The notes beneath the pieces were generated by a model. The model saw only the letters and a program-made list of their open reading frames with translations. It ran no database searches and had not been told where the DNA came from. Shown one piece after another: positions 55,403 through 64,000 of a stretch of DNA of 64,000 bases. The stretch comes from Candidatus Nomurabacteria bacterium (GTDB taxonomy: Bacteria > Patescibacteriota > Minisyncoccia > Phycocordibacterales > UBA918). Made by a program: the position numbers and the translations under genes. The DNA lies in the NCBI GenBank assembly GCA_023898525.1, contig CP060227.1, positions 893,932 to 957,931 of the forward strand. Direction: 5' to 3'. How positions within the stretch are numbered: position 1 is the first letter of the stretch; each line of letters begins with the position of its first letter.

Positions 55403-56700
55403 AATTACGTCCTTTTGAATTAGGTTTGATTATAGTGTTTGCAGTTTTGTTATTGGGTTCAATAGTTTTGTTGCGAACGTATGATATTGGTGACGAACCA
55501 ACGGATCCAGCCTTAACCACCGGAGTAACGGTCTGGGGTACTTTACCGGCAGACACATTTGAGAGGATATTACTTGACCTGGCTGGACAGAATGATGTTT
55601 ATCGGAACGTTACATATCGTTATGTACGTGAAGAGGATTTTGATAATGAGTTGTTGAACGCCTTAGCTGACCAACAGTCACCCGATATGGTGCTTATGTC
55701 TAGCGAAAAATTGGTTGAGCATAGAAACCGCTTATTCCCTATATCTTATGAAACTTTTCCTGAGCGTGATTTTAGGAACCTATATGTTGATGGAGCCTCA
55801 GTCTTTGCACTAGATAATGGTATATACGGTTTTCCGATTGCGGTTGATCCACTGGTTATGTATTGGAATCGAGATATATTTTCCAGTAATGGGTTTCTTA
55901 CCCCACCTACTACATGGGAGGATTTGGTAAATAATATAGCTCCAGTTATAACTGAGAGAGATTTCAATCGCAACATTGACCGAGCGACCGTCGCTATGGG
56001 TGATTTTAATAACGTCAAAAATGCTTTTCCAGTCATATCTATGCTTTTGGCTCAGGCTGGTAGCAAGTTTGCCATACCGAAAGGTAATTTGTATACATTA
56101 GATTTAAATATTCGTTTAGATGGTTCAACCGGAGCGTTTACCAACACCCTTACTTTTTATAGTAATTTTAGCAATATAAATAATACCCTGTATAGTTGGA
56201 ACCGCTCCTTACCACTTGATCGCGATATGTTTTTAAGCGAGGATCTAGCTCTGTATTTTGGTTACGGCAGTGAAGCTCGTGATCTGGAGGCAAAGAACCC
56301 TAACCTAAGTTTCGATATAGCTGAAGTTCCCCAGGCGCAAGACGCAAGTAACAAGCGAACTTATGGTAAATATTACGGCTTCTTTATACTAAAGGCAGCG
56401 CCAAACAAGGCTGGAGCTTACTCAGTAATACAAACTTTAAGTCAGCCTGCTTTTGCCAAACGCATAGCTGACACTAATAACTTGGCGCCTGTACACCGTA
56501 GTTTACTGCAACAAGGTAGTAACGATGTCTATGGTCGGGTTATTTATAGTTCTGCATTTAACACCAAAGCTTGGCTTAACCCCGATCTTGATCGTTTAGA
56601 TGATGTGTTTACAAAAGCTTTGGAGGATATTAGTGCAAATCGCCGTGATATAAACAGTGTGGTGGGGGATACTAATATTCGTCTGCGGCAGATTTATTAA
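55399..56700 (+). CDS. Extracellular solute-binding protein (ABC-type, family 1-like), membrane anchored
   Basis: N-terminal TM/signal, about 430 aa, periplasmic-binding-protein-like composition; translationally coupled to the upstream gene (overlap ATGA). Confidence 0.45.
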   Translation: MKLRPFELGLIIVFAVLLLGSIVLLRTYDIGDEPTDPALTTGVTVWGTLPADTFERILLDLAGQNDVYRNVTYRYVREEDFDNELLNALADQQSPDMVLMSSEKLVEHRNRLFPISYETFPERDFRNLYVDGASVFALDNGIYGFPIAVDPLVMYWNRDIFSSNGFLTPPTTWEDLVNNIAPVITERDFNRNIDRATVAMGDFNNVKNAFPVISMLLAQAGSKFAIPKGNLYTLDLNIRLDGSTGAFTNTLTFYSNFSNINNTLYSWNRSLPLDRDMFLSEDLALYFGYGSEARDLEAKNPNLSFDIAEVPQAQDASNKRTYGKYYGFFILKAAPNKAGAYSVIQTLSQPAFAKRIADTNNLAPVHRSLLQQGSNDVYGRVIYSSAFNTKAWLNPDLDRLDDVFTKALEDISANRRDINSVVGDTNIRLRQIY

Positions 56701-56709
56701 TTTTGTATT

Positions 56710-57087
56710 ATGTCAACAATAATCAGTCTAAATAGAATAAAATTTACTGCATTGTTATTTGTTTCTTCCTTCCTGGAGGTTACTTATGTTCAGGCGGCTG
56801 CGCCTGGTGTCGGTGCTACACAAGTTACCTTAGAAAATCCTCTAAATGTAGATTCTATTGAAGAGTTATTACAACTGATATTACAAATAGTTATAACTAT
56901 TGCCACCCCGATAGTTATATTCTTTATCATCTACGCTGGCTTTCTATATGTAACGGCTAAGGGTAATGCAGAGCAGACTCAAAAAGCGACCAGAGCCCTC
57001 ACTTACGCCATAATCGGTGGGGTTTTGATAATCGGTGCGGTAGTGATTGCGGGTATAATTAAAAACCTAGTCCTGTCATTCCAATAG
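56710..57087 (+). CDS. Small 2-TM protein, paralog 1 of a tandem family (VirB2/TrbC-pilin-like topology)
   Basis: Signal/TM, then TM-loop(GNAEQTQKATRA)-TM. Confidence 0.45.
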   Translation: MSTIISLNRIKFTALLFVSSFLEVTYVQAAAPGVGATQVTLENPLNVDSIEELLQLILQIVITIATPIVIFFIIYAGFLYVTAKGNAEQTQKATRALTYAIIGGVLIIGAVVIAGIIKNLVLSFQ

Positions 57088-57107
57088 TTAATTTATTTTC
57101 ATAGCCT

Positions 57108-57371
57108 ATGCCAACAACCCCTCCGTCCACTTTTAGTGAATTAGTAAATATATTTATAGGCCTAATAAACATATTAATTCCCACTATATTAGCAATTATT
57201 TTTCTTTTTTTAGTTTGGAAGATAATTGATGCTTGGGTAATTAACGCTGGTGATGAGAAGAAGCGAGAGGAAGGTAAAACTTTAGCCGTTATAGCAGTAA
57301 TTGTGTTCGTCTTGATATTGACTACTTGGGGTATTGTGGCGATGTTAAGACAATCTCTTTTTGGCATCTAA
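57108..57371 (+). CDS. Small 2-TM protein, paralog 2
   Basis: TM-loop(AGDEKKREEGKTL)-TM; shares the F..L..I....IP.....FL.FVW...... pattern. Confidence 0.45.
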   Translation: MPTTPPSTFSELVNIFIGLINILIPTILAIIFLFLVWKIIDAWVINAGDEKKREEGKTLAVIAVIVFVLILTTWGIVAMLRQSLFGI

Positions 57372-57485
57372 TTTAGTGCTTATAGTTTTATACACAGTTT
57401 ACGAAATTGACCTAGTAATATTAGTAAAAAAGGTTATAATTTTTCCAGGTCTTATTAGTTTTAGATAATATTAATAATTATATAT

Positions 57486-57872
57486 ATGCAACGTTTTAAA
57501 TTATTCGCGAGTTCTGCAGCTATGTTTGCATTGCCATTAGCTTTTGCGTCAGCGCAGGGTGGTTTAGCAACAGATGGTACAGGCGGTCCGTTTGAGCTTC
57601 TATTGGCTAACATTCTAACTTTCACGAACGCTGTTCTTATCCCATTCATCATTGGTATTGGGTTCTTAGTCTTTGTCTGGGGAATGTTCCAATACTTTAT
57701 TGCTGGTGGTGCTAATGATGAATCTAAGGAAAAGGGTAAGAGTCTTATGATTTGGGCCACTCTAGGCTTTGTTCTTATCATCATCTTCTGGGGTGTTGTT
57801 AACTTGCTTACACAAAGTACAGGTTTGCAGGACAACGACATTCTGTCTGTACCAACTGTTCTAGAGTTGTAA
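57486..57872 (+). CDS. Small 2-TM protein, paralog 3
   Basis: Signal peptide, then TM-loop(GGANDESKEKGKSL)-TM. Confidence 0.45.
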   Translation: MQRFKLFASSAAMFALPLAFASAQGGLATDGTGGPFELLLANILTFTNAVLIPFIIGIGFLVFVWGMFQYFIAGGANDESKEKGKSLMIWATLGFVLIIIFWGVVNLLTQSTGLQDNDILSVPTVLEL

Positions 57873-57978
57873 GAGTTGGTTTAGTGTTTGCATTACACAC
57901 AACAAAAGGGCCCTTAGGGCCTTTTGTTGTGTGTAACTGTCTAAAACCAGAGGGATTTGTAGTACAATAATTTAGTCT

Positions 57979-58314
57979 ATGTCACCTCAACAAAAAGTAG
58001 CCGAAGAGACAGGAGATTTCGTCAATAAACTCAATGACATAATACTTTTTCCTTTAATTGCTCTTTTGTCAGCTATTGCCTTTTTGGTTTTTATTTATGG
58101 CTTGGCTGTTTATGTATTTAATAGCAACAACGAAACTGCCAGATCAGAAGGGAAGAAGCATATCATGTATGGCATTATAGGGTTGGTTGTTATGATTTCT
58201 GCCTACACACTTCTGTCGATAGCTTCTAATACCTTTGGCATGAATAGGCAGCTCGACTGCGCTGATAACTTCCAACCTGGTTGTGAAGAGGTGTTTAAGG
58301 TTAAGACTGAGTAA
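57979..58314 (+). CDS. Small 2-TM protein, paralog 4
   Basis: TM-loop(NNETARSEGKKHI)-TM. Confidence 0.45.
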   Translation: MSPQQKVAEETGDFVNKLNDIILFPLIALLSAIAFLVFIYGLAVYVFNSNNETARSEGKKHIMYGIIGLVVMISAYTLLSIASNTFGMNRQLDCADNFQPGCEEVFKVKTE

Positions 58315-58373
58315 TGTATTTGTATAAAAAAGGACCACCTTCCTGATGCTTGATCTGGTTGGTGGTCCGTTTG

Positions 58374-59216
58374 CTAAGAACATGGATTTTTGTGTAGGCT
58401 TCCCAAACGCAGGGTTACCTGTAGTCTTACCCACATCGTTCCGTTGTCGGTTAATTTCCTAAACGAGTCTGGAGCGATGCGCCATTGTATAACTGGGCTT
58501 CGAGGCGTGTTTATTTGTTCAAACATAACTTCAAAGGGCAATTTTTTAGGCTCCAATACCTTATCGCATGCCCAAAAAGCCAAGACCTCATTAGGTCGTC
58601 TTTTCATGTGCTCTGGTCCTGGAGTTGGTACACGAACTTCCACTATTTTGTTGATAGGTACTGCGTAAGTTTCTGTGTCGCCATCTTTTCCGTTGATAAA
58701 CTTAAAAACAACTGGCTCAGTATCAATTGAGACGGTTTCTTTGTTATCACCGCTGTCTTTGTAATAAATGGAGTAAGCTATACTAAGTATAATTCCACAT
58801 AGTACAAGTACGATAACCCAGAACAAAGCCCAACTCACCGAAAGAGAACCTTTGTTTTTCCACCATCCGTAGATGATGGAAATAACCCACAGAGCAACGA
58901 CAATTTTCAGTATCCATAGTACAGTACCTGTCCATTCACCTAAGTATGTGCTTAGGTATGCACCTGGTTGTGAAGTGGTAAAGTCACCAAAAAAAGATAA
59001 TAAAGAAGAAATATTTATGTCGTCATAAAAAATCCACACTACGATTAATAAAAGTGCCAAAAACTCTGGTAGAAGATAGGGTTTATTTTTTGTCCAAACC
59101 CCAACGTTCTTAGTTGAGTTACTTACGGCACTTGTGTTATTGGGTTGTGTGTAGATAATATATATGACTATTATTGTGAGAACAATAACAGCTGCTATCT
59201 CTGGCCAATAGCCCAT
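58374..59216 (-). CDS. Hypothetical polytopic membrane protein
   Basis: About 5 TM helices plus a C-terminal soluble domain. Confidence 0.35.
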   Translation of the reverse strand: MGYWPEIAAVIVLTIIVIYIIYTQPNNTSAVSNSTKNVGVWTKNKPYLLPEFLALLLIVVWIFYDDINISSLLSFFGDFTTSQPGAYLSTYLGEWTGTVLWILKIVVALWVISIIYGWWKNKGSLSVSWALFWVIVLVLCGIILSIAYSIYYKDSGDNKETVSIDTEPVVFKFINGKDGDTETYAVPINKIVEVRVPTPGPEHMKRRPNEVLAFWACDKVLEPKKLPFEVMFEQINTPRSPVIQWRIAPDSFRKLTDNGTMWVRLQVTLRLGSLHKNPCS

Positions 59217-59346
59217 TTCTTACCTCCAATTGATTAAAATATTATTAAACAACAATTTATTAAAATTATACATAAAAATATATAAATGTCAAATAAAAGA
59301 ACCGCTTTGACACTAAATGTCAAAGCGGTCAAATAGCAGATTGAAT

Positions 59347-60606
59347 CTATCCACTTTTATTTCTATTTTTTGTTTCCAGCAAAATTGCTTTTCGTATAGT
59401 ATCTGCTTCTTCATCTTTATTATCTTTACCAGATGTATTGATACTAACGATAGCACCTTCTGGAGCAGCTTGTACTGTACGAATTGTAGACTCTCTTTGG
59501 TATACCATCTTACCTTCTTCCGTTTTTATGGCTTCTGTAATCCTTTTTGTTGCTTCAGCTTCAGCTTCAGCTTGAGTTGTACGGCTTTTAGCATCTGCTT
59601 CTGCTTTAGCTACGGCAGATAAAGCTTCAGCAAGTTTTGGGTCTAGTATATCTTGGTCATATATGGCTGCATATTCTAAATACATGCCTATTTCCCTAAG
59701 TATTGGAACTCCACTTTCACTTTTGAAGTTTAAGCTTTCGGCACCTCTTGCTAGACTTTCTTTGAGCTTTTCTTGGTCACCTAAGGCTATTAACGCATCG
59801 CTAAGTTCAGTTTTATGTTCTGACATTAGTGTTTCTTGGTATGTTTTGCTCATGTAAAAATTTCTAGCAATACCTTGTGTTAAACTAGAGATTCTTGTAT
59901 ACCAACTTTCGCCTGGTGATACTGCAAAGGCTGCTAACCATGGGTTTGTAACTTTTGCTATGATGTGTATAGTTACTTTCATTTTAACATTATCCCGCGT
60001 CTCTACAATAGGAACTATCACAAAGACATCAAATGGCATAACTCTTAAATGATTACTGTAGCCACTAGATTGAACTATTTCACCTTTTTCTAACTTCAAA
60101 TAGTCTAGTTTATAGATCCTGGGAGCCCTCCATGGAGGGGGTCCTGCGAAAATCATGCTGTTTGTTTTAAATACTATAACCTTACTAAGCCACCATAGAT
60201 ATCTCACTGTGAAAAAGGGGATCATGTATATATCCCATTTAGGAAGTGGAAATATGGAAGTGATACCATAATTATCCTCTGGAATTACGTTATACTCTTT
60301 ACCTGCCTTAAGTGTGTCAGGTAGATCGCTAACATCCTCCTTTGGAACACCCAATGTGTGGCCTTGGTAGTTCATTATAAACATCACAGGCCTATCATCT
60401 TTGACTAAGATTACGGCTAGTCCGGGTGTAAAACCTATATACCAGCCCTTTTTCTCGTTGGGTATTATTCTACCATCTTCCCCTTTAGTATAAGGTTCAG
60501 CTTTTAGGTATGGAGCAAAAATCATTGCTAATACAGTGATGCCACCGATTACATAAATAGGTAGTTTTATATACCAAATAATCAGGAATTCAATTATCCA
60601 TTCCAT
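59347..60606 (-). CDS. SPFH/band-7 (stomatin/flotillin-like) membrane protein
   Basis: N-terminal TM, SPFH-like core and a C-terminal A/E-rich coiled coil (AEAEAEATKRITEA). Confidence 0.5.
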   Translation of the reverse strand: MEWIIEFLIIWYIKLPIYVIGGITVLAMIFAPYLKAEPYTKGEDGRIIPNEKKGWYIGFTPGLAVILVKDDRPVMFIMNYQGHTLGVPKEDVSDLPDTLKAGKEYNVIPEDNYGITSIFPLPKWDIYMIPFFTVRYLWWLSKVIVFKTNSMIFAGPPPWRAPRIYKLDYLKLEKGEIVQSSGYSNHLRVMPFDVFVIVPIVETRDNVKMKVTIHIIAKVTNPWLAAFAVSPGESWYTRISSLTQGIARNFYMSKTYQETLMSEHKTELSDALIALGDQEKLKESLARGAESLNFKSESGVPILREIGMYLEYAAIYDQDILDPKLAEALSAVAKAEADAKSRTTQAEAEAEATKRITEAIKTEEGKMVYQRESTIRTVQAAPEGAIVSINTSGKDNKDEEADTIRKAILLETKNRNKSG

Positions 60607-61047
60607 GACAAACTCCTTTTTAAAGATCTGAAAACGTGAATATTCTGATAAAAAATCAGTTTAATCACACAAAATTTTGCGACTTATACAATACCACAAA
60701 ATACATGAAAAATCAAGGATTTGCGTGCGGAGGTGGTTTGGTGTGAGGTGTGGGAGGTGTAAGGGGGTGCAAAACCGTAGGTTTTGCACCGTATATTCAT
60801 TTTCTCTTAACCTAATCTCCCTATGGTTTTTTTTGGCCTTGGCTGACTTTATTAGGTCAACTGTGCTAACTAAAATCAAGAAAAGTAAAGACAATAACGG
60901 AGTGGCGACCTTAAAGAGGAGCGATGAGCGACGGGAAAAGGTCGTTCCTCGGTTATTTTCTATAGAGATAAATTAGTCATGTGTGTCAGTTGCTAAGTTG
61001 CGCTTGGTTGGTCTCTCTGGTACCATTTTGCTACTTAAATTGAAACT

Positions 61048-62088
61048 ATGAAAAAGACATCTATCAAACGTGATTTACGCTCGAGAGAAGAAAAGCGTCA
61101 GGCGGTGTTGGCTGATAAGCGACCGCGTACCACCGTCTCTTTTTACCGCTATGTAAAAATTGCTGACCCTGAAGCCTTTCGTGAACGATTGCTCGAAAAA
61201 TGGTCAGAATTGGATTGTTTGGGGCGTGTTTATGTGGCTTACGAGGGTATCAATGCGCAGATGAATGTACCGACCGAAAATTGGTACAAGTTTGATAAAT
61301 GGGTACAAGATCAACCCGAGCTGACTGGAGTGCCATATAAGATAGCTGTAGAAGAGGGAAAGAGTTCTTCTTTCTATAAACTCACTATTAAAGTACGACC
61401 AAAAATTGTGGCAGATGGTCTCGATGATGGAACTTTTGATGTAACCAACACTGGAGAATATTTGACCGCCAAAGAGATGAATGAATACATAGAAGATCCA
61501 GATGCGGTAATTATTGATATGCGCAATGCTTATGAAAGTGAGATTGGTCACTTTGACCGCGCAATTACACCAGACGTTGATACTTTCCGTGAAGAATTGG
61601 CGGTTACGCCAGAGCTCCTGGCTGAGCATAAGGATAAAAAAGTGGCTCTGTACTGTACTGGAGGGATTCGCTGTGAGAAGGCAAGTGCCTGGCTAAAACA
61701 CAAAGGTTTCAAGAATGTAAAGCATCTAAAGGGAGGAGTTATTGACTACAAGCACCAGGTAGAAGAGGAAGGTTTGGAAAATAAATTCCGAGGTAAAAAC
61801 TTTGTGTTTGACGAGCGTCTCGGAGAGCGGATAGGTGACGAAGTTATTTCACATTGTCATCTCTGTCAAAAGAATAAAAGTGATACTCACTATCACTGCC
61901 AGAATCAGATTTGTCACGTACTCTACTTGGGCTGTGATGATTGTATGGAAAAGTACGACGGTTATTGCTCTCGTTGGTGTCAGGTTACCGACAAACTACC
62001 AGCTGGTTTCAAAAAAACCTTTGCTCGCTACTACAACCAATACTTCCGCGGTAAGCAATTCAAAAAAGCCCGCCTACGCTCAGTTTAA
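61048..62088 (+). CDS. trhO: Rhodanese-domain tRNA uridine(34) hydroxylase TrhO (YceA/UPF0176) with a C-terminal Cys-rich extension
   Basis: Rhodanese active-site loop CTGGIRCEKAS and the UPF0176 N-terminal domain. Confidence 0.7.
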   Translation: MKKTSIKRDLRSREEKRQAVLADKRPRTTVSFYRYVKIADPEAFRERLLEKWSELDCLGRVYVAYEGINAQMNVPTENWYKFDKWVQDQPELTGVPYKIAVEEGKSSSFYKLTIKVRPKIVADGLDDGTFDVTNTGEYLTAKEMNEYIEDPDAVIIDMRNAYESEIGHFDRAITPDVDTFREELAVTPELLAEHKDKKVALYCTGGIRCEKASAWLKHKGFKNVKHLKGGVIDYKHQVEEEGLENKFRGKNFVFDERLGERIGDEVISHCHLCQKNKSDTHYHCQNQICHVLYLGCDDCMEKYDGYCSRWCQVTDKLPAGFKKTFARYYNQYFRGKQFKKARLRSV

Positions 62089-62142
62089 AATTTTTATTCA
62101 TACACCACCCCCGAGGTCTTTCCTCGGGGGGTGGTGTATTTT

Positions 62143-62962
62143 TATAATGCGTTATAATGAGCGAATGAATAATTTAAGTACAGATACAGAAAAGTGGGCT
62201 AAAGAATTAGAAGTGGCAAAAGGGATTGCATATGAGGCTGGTGAGATAATGCGAAAGTATTTTGATGGAGATCAACAGCTAGAGAAAAAAGAGGACGGAT
62301 CTCCGGTGACTATTGCGGATAAAGAGATAAATTCAATGGTAATTAAAAGTTTGTCTGAGAAATTTCCAGAGGATGGAGTGGTTGGTGAGGAAGAGAGTAC
62401 CGCTGAGTACGGTGAGGGGCGCAGATGGATTTGTGACCCAATAGACGGAACATGGGCTTTTATTACTGGAGTCCCTACCTGTATGTTTTCGCTGGCTTTA
62501 GTAGAAGACGGTGTGCCTGTGGTGGGTGTGGCGTATGATCCTTTTTTGGATAGGTTGTATTATGCCACTATACATAGCGGTGCTTACTGCAATGATACGA
62601 AGATATATGTTTCGGATAGAAAGCTTGAAGACGGGGTTATTGCCATAGCTGACAGTTTGAGTAAAATCAGGAAGAGCAAGTTTTCCTACTTGGATAATAT
62701 ATTATCTAGAAATTTAAAGACTGTTCCTCTAAATGGAGCTGTTTATAAGGGTTGCCTGGTTGCTACAGGGAGGTTAGTTGGTTATCTTAGTGAATACATA
62801 AATACTCACGATGTTGCAGCGGCACACTTGATTACTGAGGAGGCTGGTGGGAAGGTAACTTCTTTTTCTGGTGACAAGTTGGACTATAAAAAGTCATTTA
62901 AAGGAGCGGTGTTTTCAAATAAAGTAACGCACCAAGATATATTAGATCTCCTTAAAGACTGA
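62143..62962 (+). CDS. Inositol monophosphatase family protein (SuhB/CysQ-like)
   Basis: IMPase motifs EEE (GEEEST), WICDPIDGT, and C-terminal GG..D..A. The listed ORF begins earlier, but the domain starts near 62143. Confidence 0.7.
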
Positions 62963-62978
62963 TTTCCATCTCTTGCTT

Positions 62979-64000
62979 ATCTTGTATAATGAAAACAATG
63001 AAGACCAAATATAAAAAATATCTTGACTATATTGAGGAAAACCAAAAAGACTTAACTTTTTATTTACCGGAGGATAAGGGTATACACCTTGGTTTACCAA
63101 ATCCTTTTATTGCTCCCTCGGCCGCTTCTGGAATTTATGAAAATGATCAGTTCTATTGGGATAGTTATTTTATAATTCTTGGTCTTTTAGAAACCGACCA
63201 AGTGGAAATGGCAAAGGGTATGACTAATAACTTAGTATATTTATGCAATCGTTTTGGAATTGTGCCGTCACGTAATCGCTACTACAACCTTGGTACCTCG
63301 CAACCACCTTTTTTGAGCTCTATGATTATGGCAGTGTACGAGAAGACCAAAGACAAAGCTTGGTTAGAATATGTAGCTAAAGTGGCGGAAAAAGAATTGA
63401 AATATTGGGTTGATGGAAAAAGAGTGCACAAGGTGCATAAAGGCTTGTCTCGTTATTGTGATCACTTACATACTGATGATACTGCGGAGCACGAGTCCGG
63501 TTGGGATATGACTTCACGTTTTGAAAAACGGTGTTTAGACTTTTTGCCGGTAGATTTAAATAGTCTTCTCTACAAATATGAAAATGATTTATCGCAAATG
63601 TACAAAATACTAAAAGATAAGGATAAAGCGGTTAAGTACAAAGAGAAAGCGAAAAATAGAAAAGAGACTGTAGATAAGCTAATGTGGAATAATGAAAAGG
63701 GCTTTTTCTTTGATTATGATTATGTAAACAAGAGGCAAAGTGATTTTTGGGCTATCTCTGGCTTTTATCCTTTGTGGACAGGTTTGGCTAGTAAAGCTCA
63801 GGCGAAGAAGATGTTGGAAAATATTAAAGTATTTGAATGTGAAGGGGGGTTAGCCAGTACGCAAAGAGAAAACTTGGCTGGGGATTATAAGCAGTGGGAT
63901 TATCCCAACGGCTGGGCTAACCAACAATGGATTGTGATTAAAGGTCTTTTAAACTATGGTTTTAAGGATGAGGCTAAAAGACTGACCGATAAATGGCTTG
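62979..64000 (+). CDS. Trehalase (GH37), 5' portion; it continues beyond the window
   Basis: Manual translation from the ATG at 62979 gives FYWDSYF...QWDYPNGWANQQW trehalase signatures; there is no stop before the window end. Confidence 0.7.

Overview
This window looks like an AT-rich, small-genome bacterium, most likely CPR/Patescibacteria. The core genes are lepA 3' end, ftsB-like, tsaD, tsaC, pyk, trxB, ftsZ, ftsA, ybeY, rpsU, lepB, pth, rpsA, gyrA, trhO and a trehalase 5' end. Five tRNAs are present (Arg-CCT, Phe-GAA, Val-GAC, Ser-CGA, Glu-CTC), along with many perfect GC-core palindromic terminators.

The most striking region is a GC-rich island of about 7 kb next to tRNA-Glu (31.5-38.6 kb). 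It carries a complete DpnII/MboI-like restriction-modification cassette: an XRE controller, a Dam-like methyltransferase, a DpnII-family endonuclease and a beta-class methyltransferase. It also carries a UvrD-like SF1 helicase and a large serine recombinase. The cassette and the recombinase are each bracketed by nested, base-perfect long inverted repeats (about 244 bp and about 113 bp) that are far more GC-rich than the host DNA. This looks like a candidate invertible or foldback mobile defence element.

Left of the island (26.2-31.5 kb) is accessory DNA. It holds an IS200-like element inserted into a mazF/pemK-like toxin gene, a solo IS200 end, HTH-gene fragments and a type IV pilin-like gene. 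An IS481-like DDE transposase element sits at 49.9-50.9 kb.

A recurring, unexplained pattern is that every tRNA is followed by short direct and inverted partial copies of its own 3' half (T-loop, T-stem and acceptor end). In two cases the tRNA's 3' acceptor strand is part of a long perfect palindrome.

Other notable items are a tandem array of four paralogous small 2-TM proteins, a fusion of a spermidine-synthase-like membrane protein with an M28 peptidase, and giant secreted proteins (a beta-helix+SGNH protein and a repeat protein with a peptidoglycan-binding domain).
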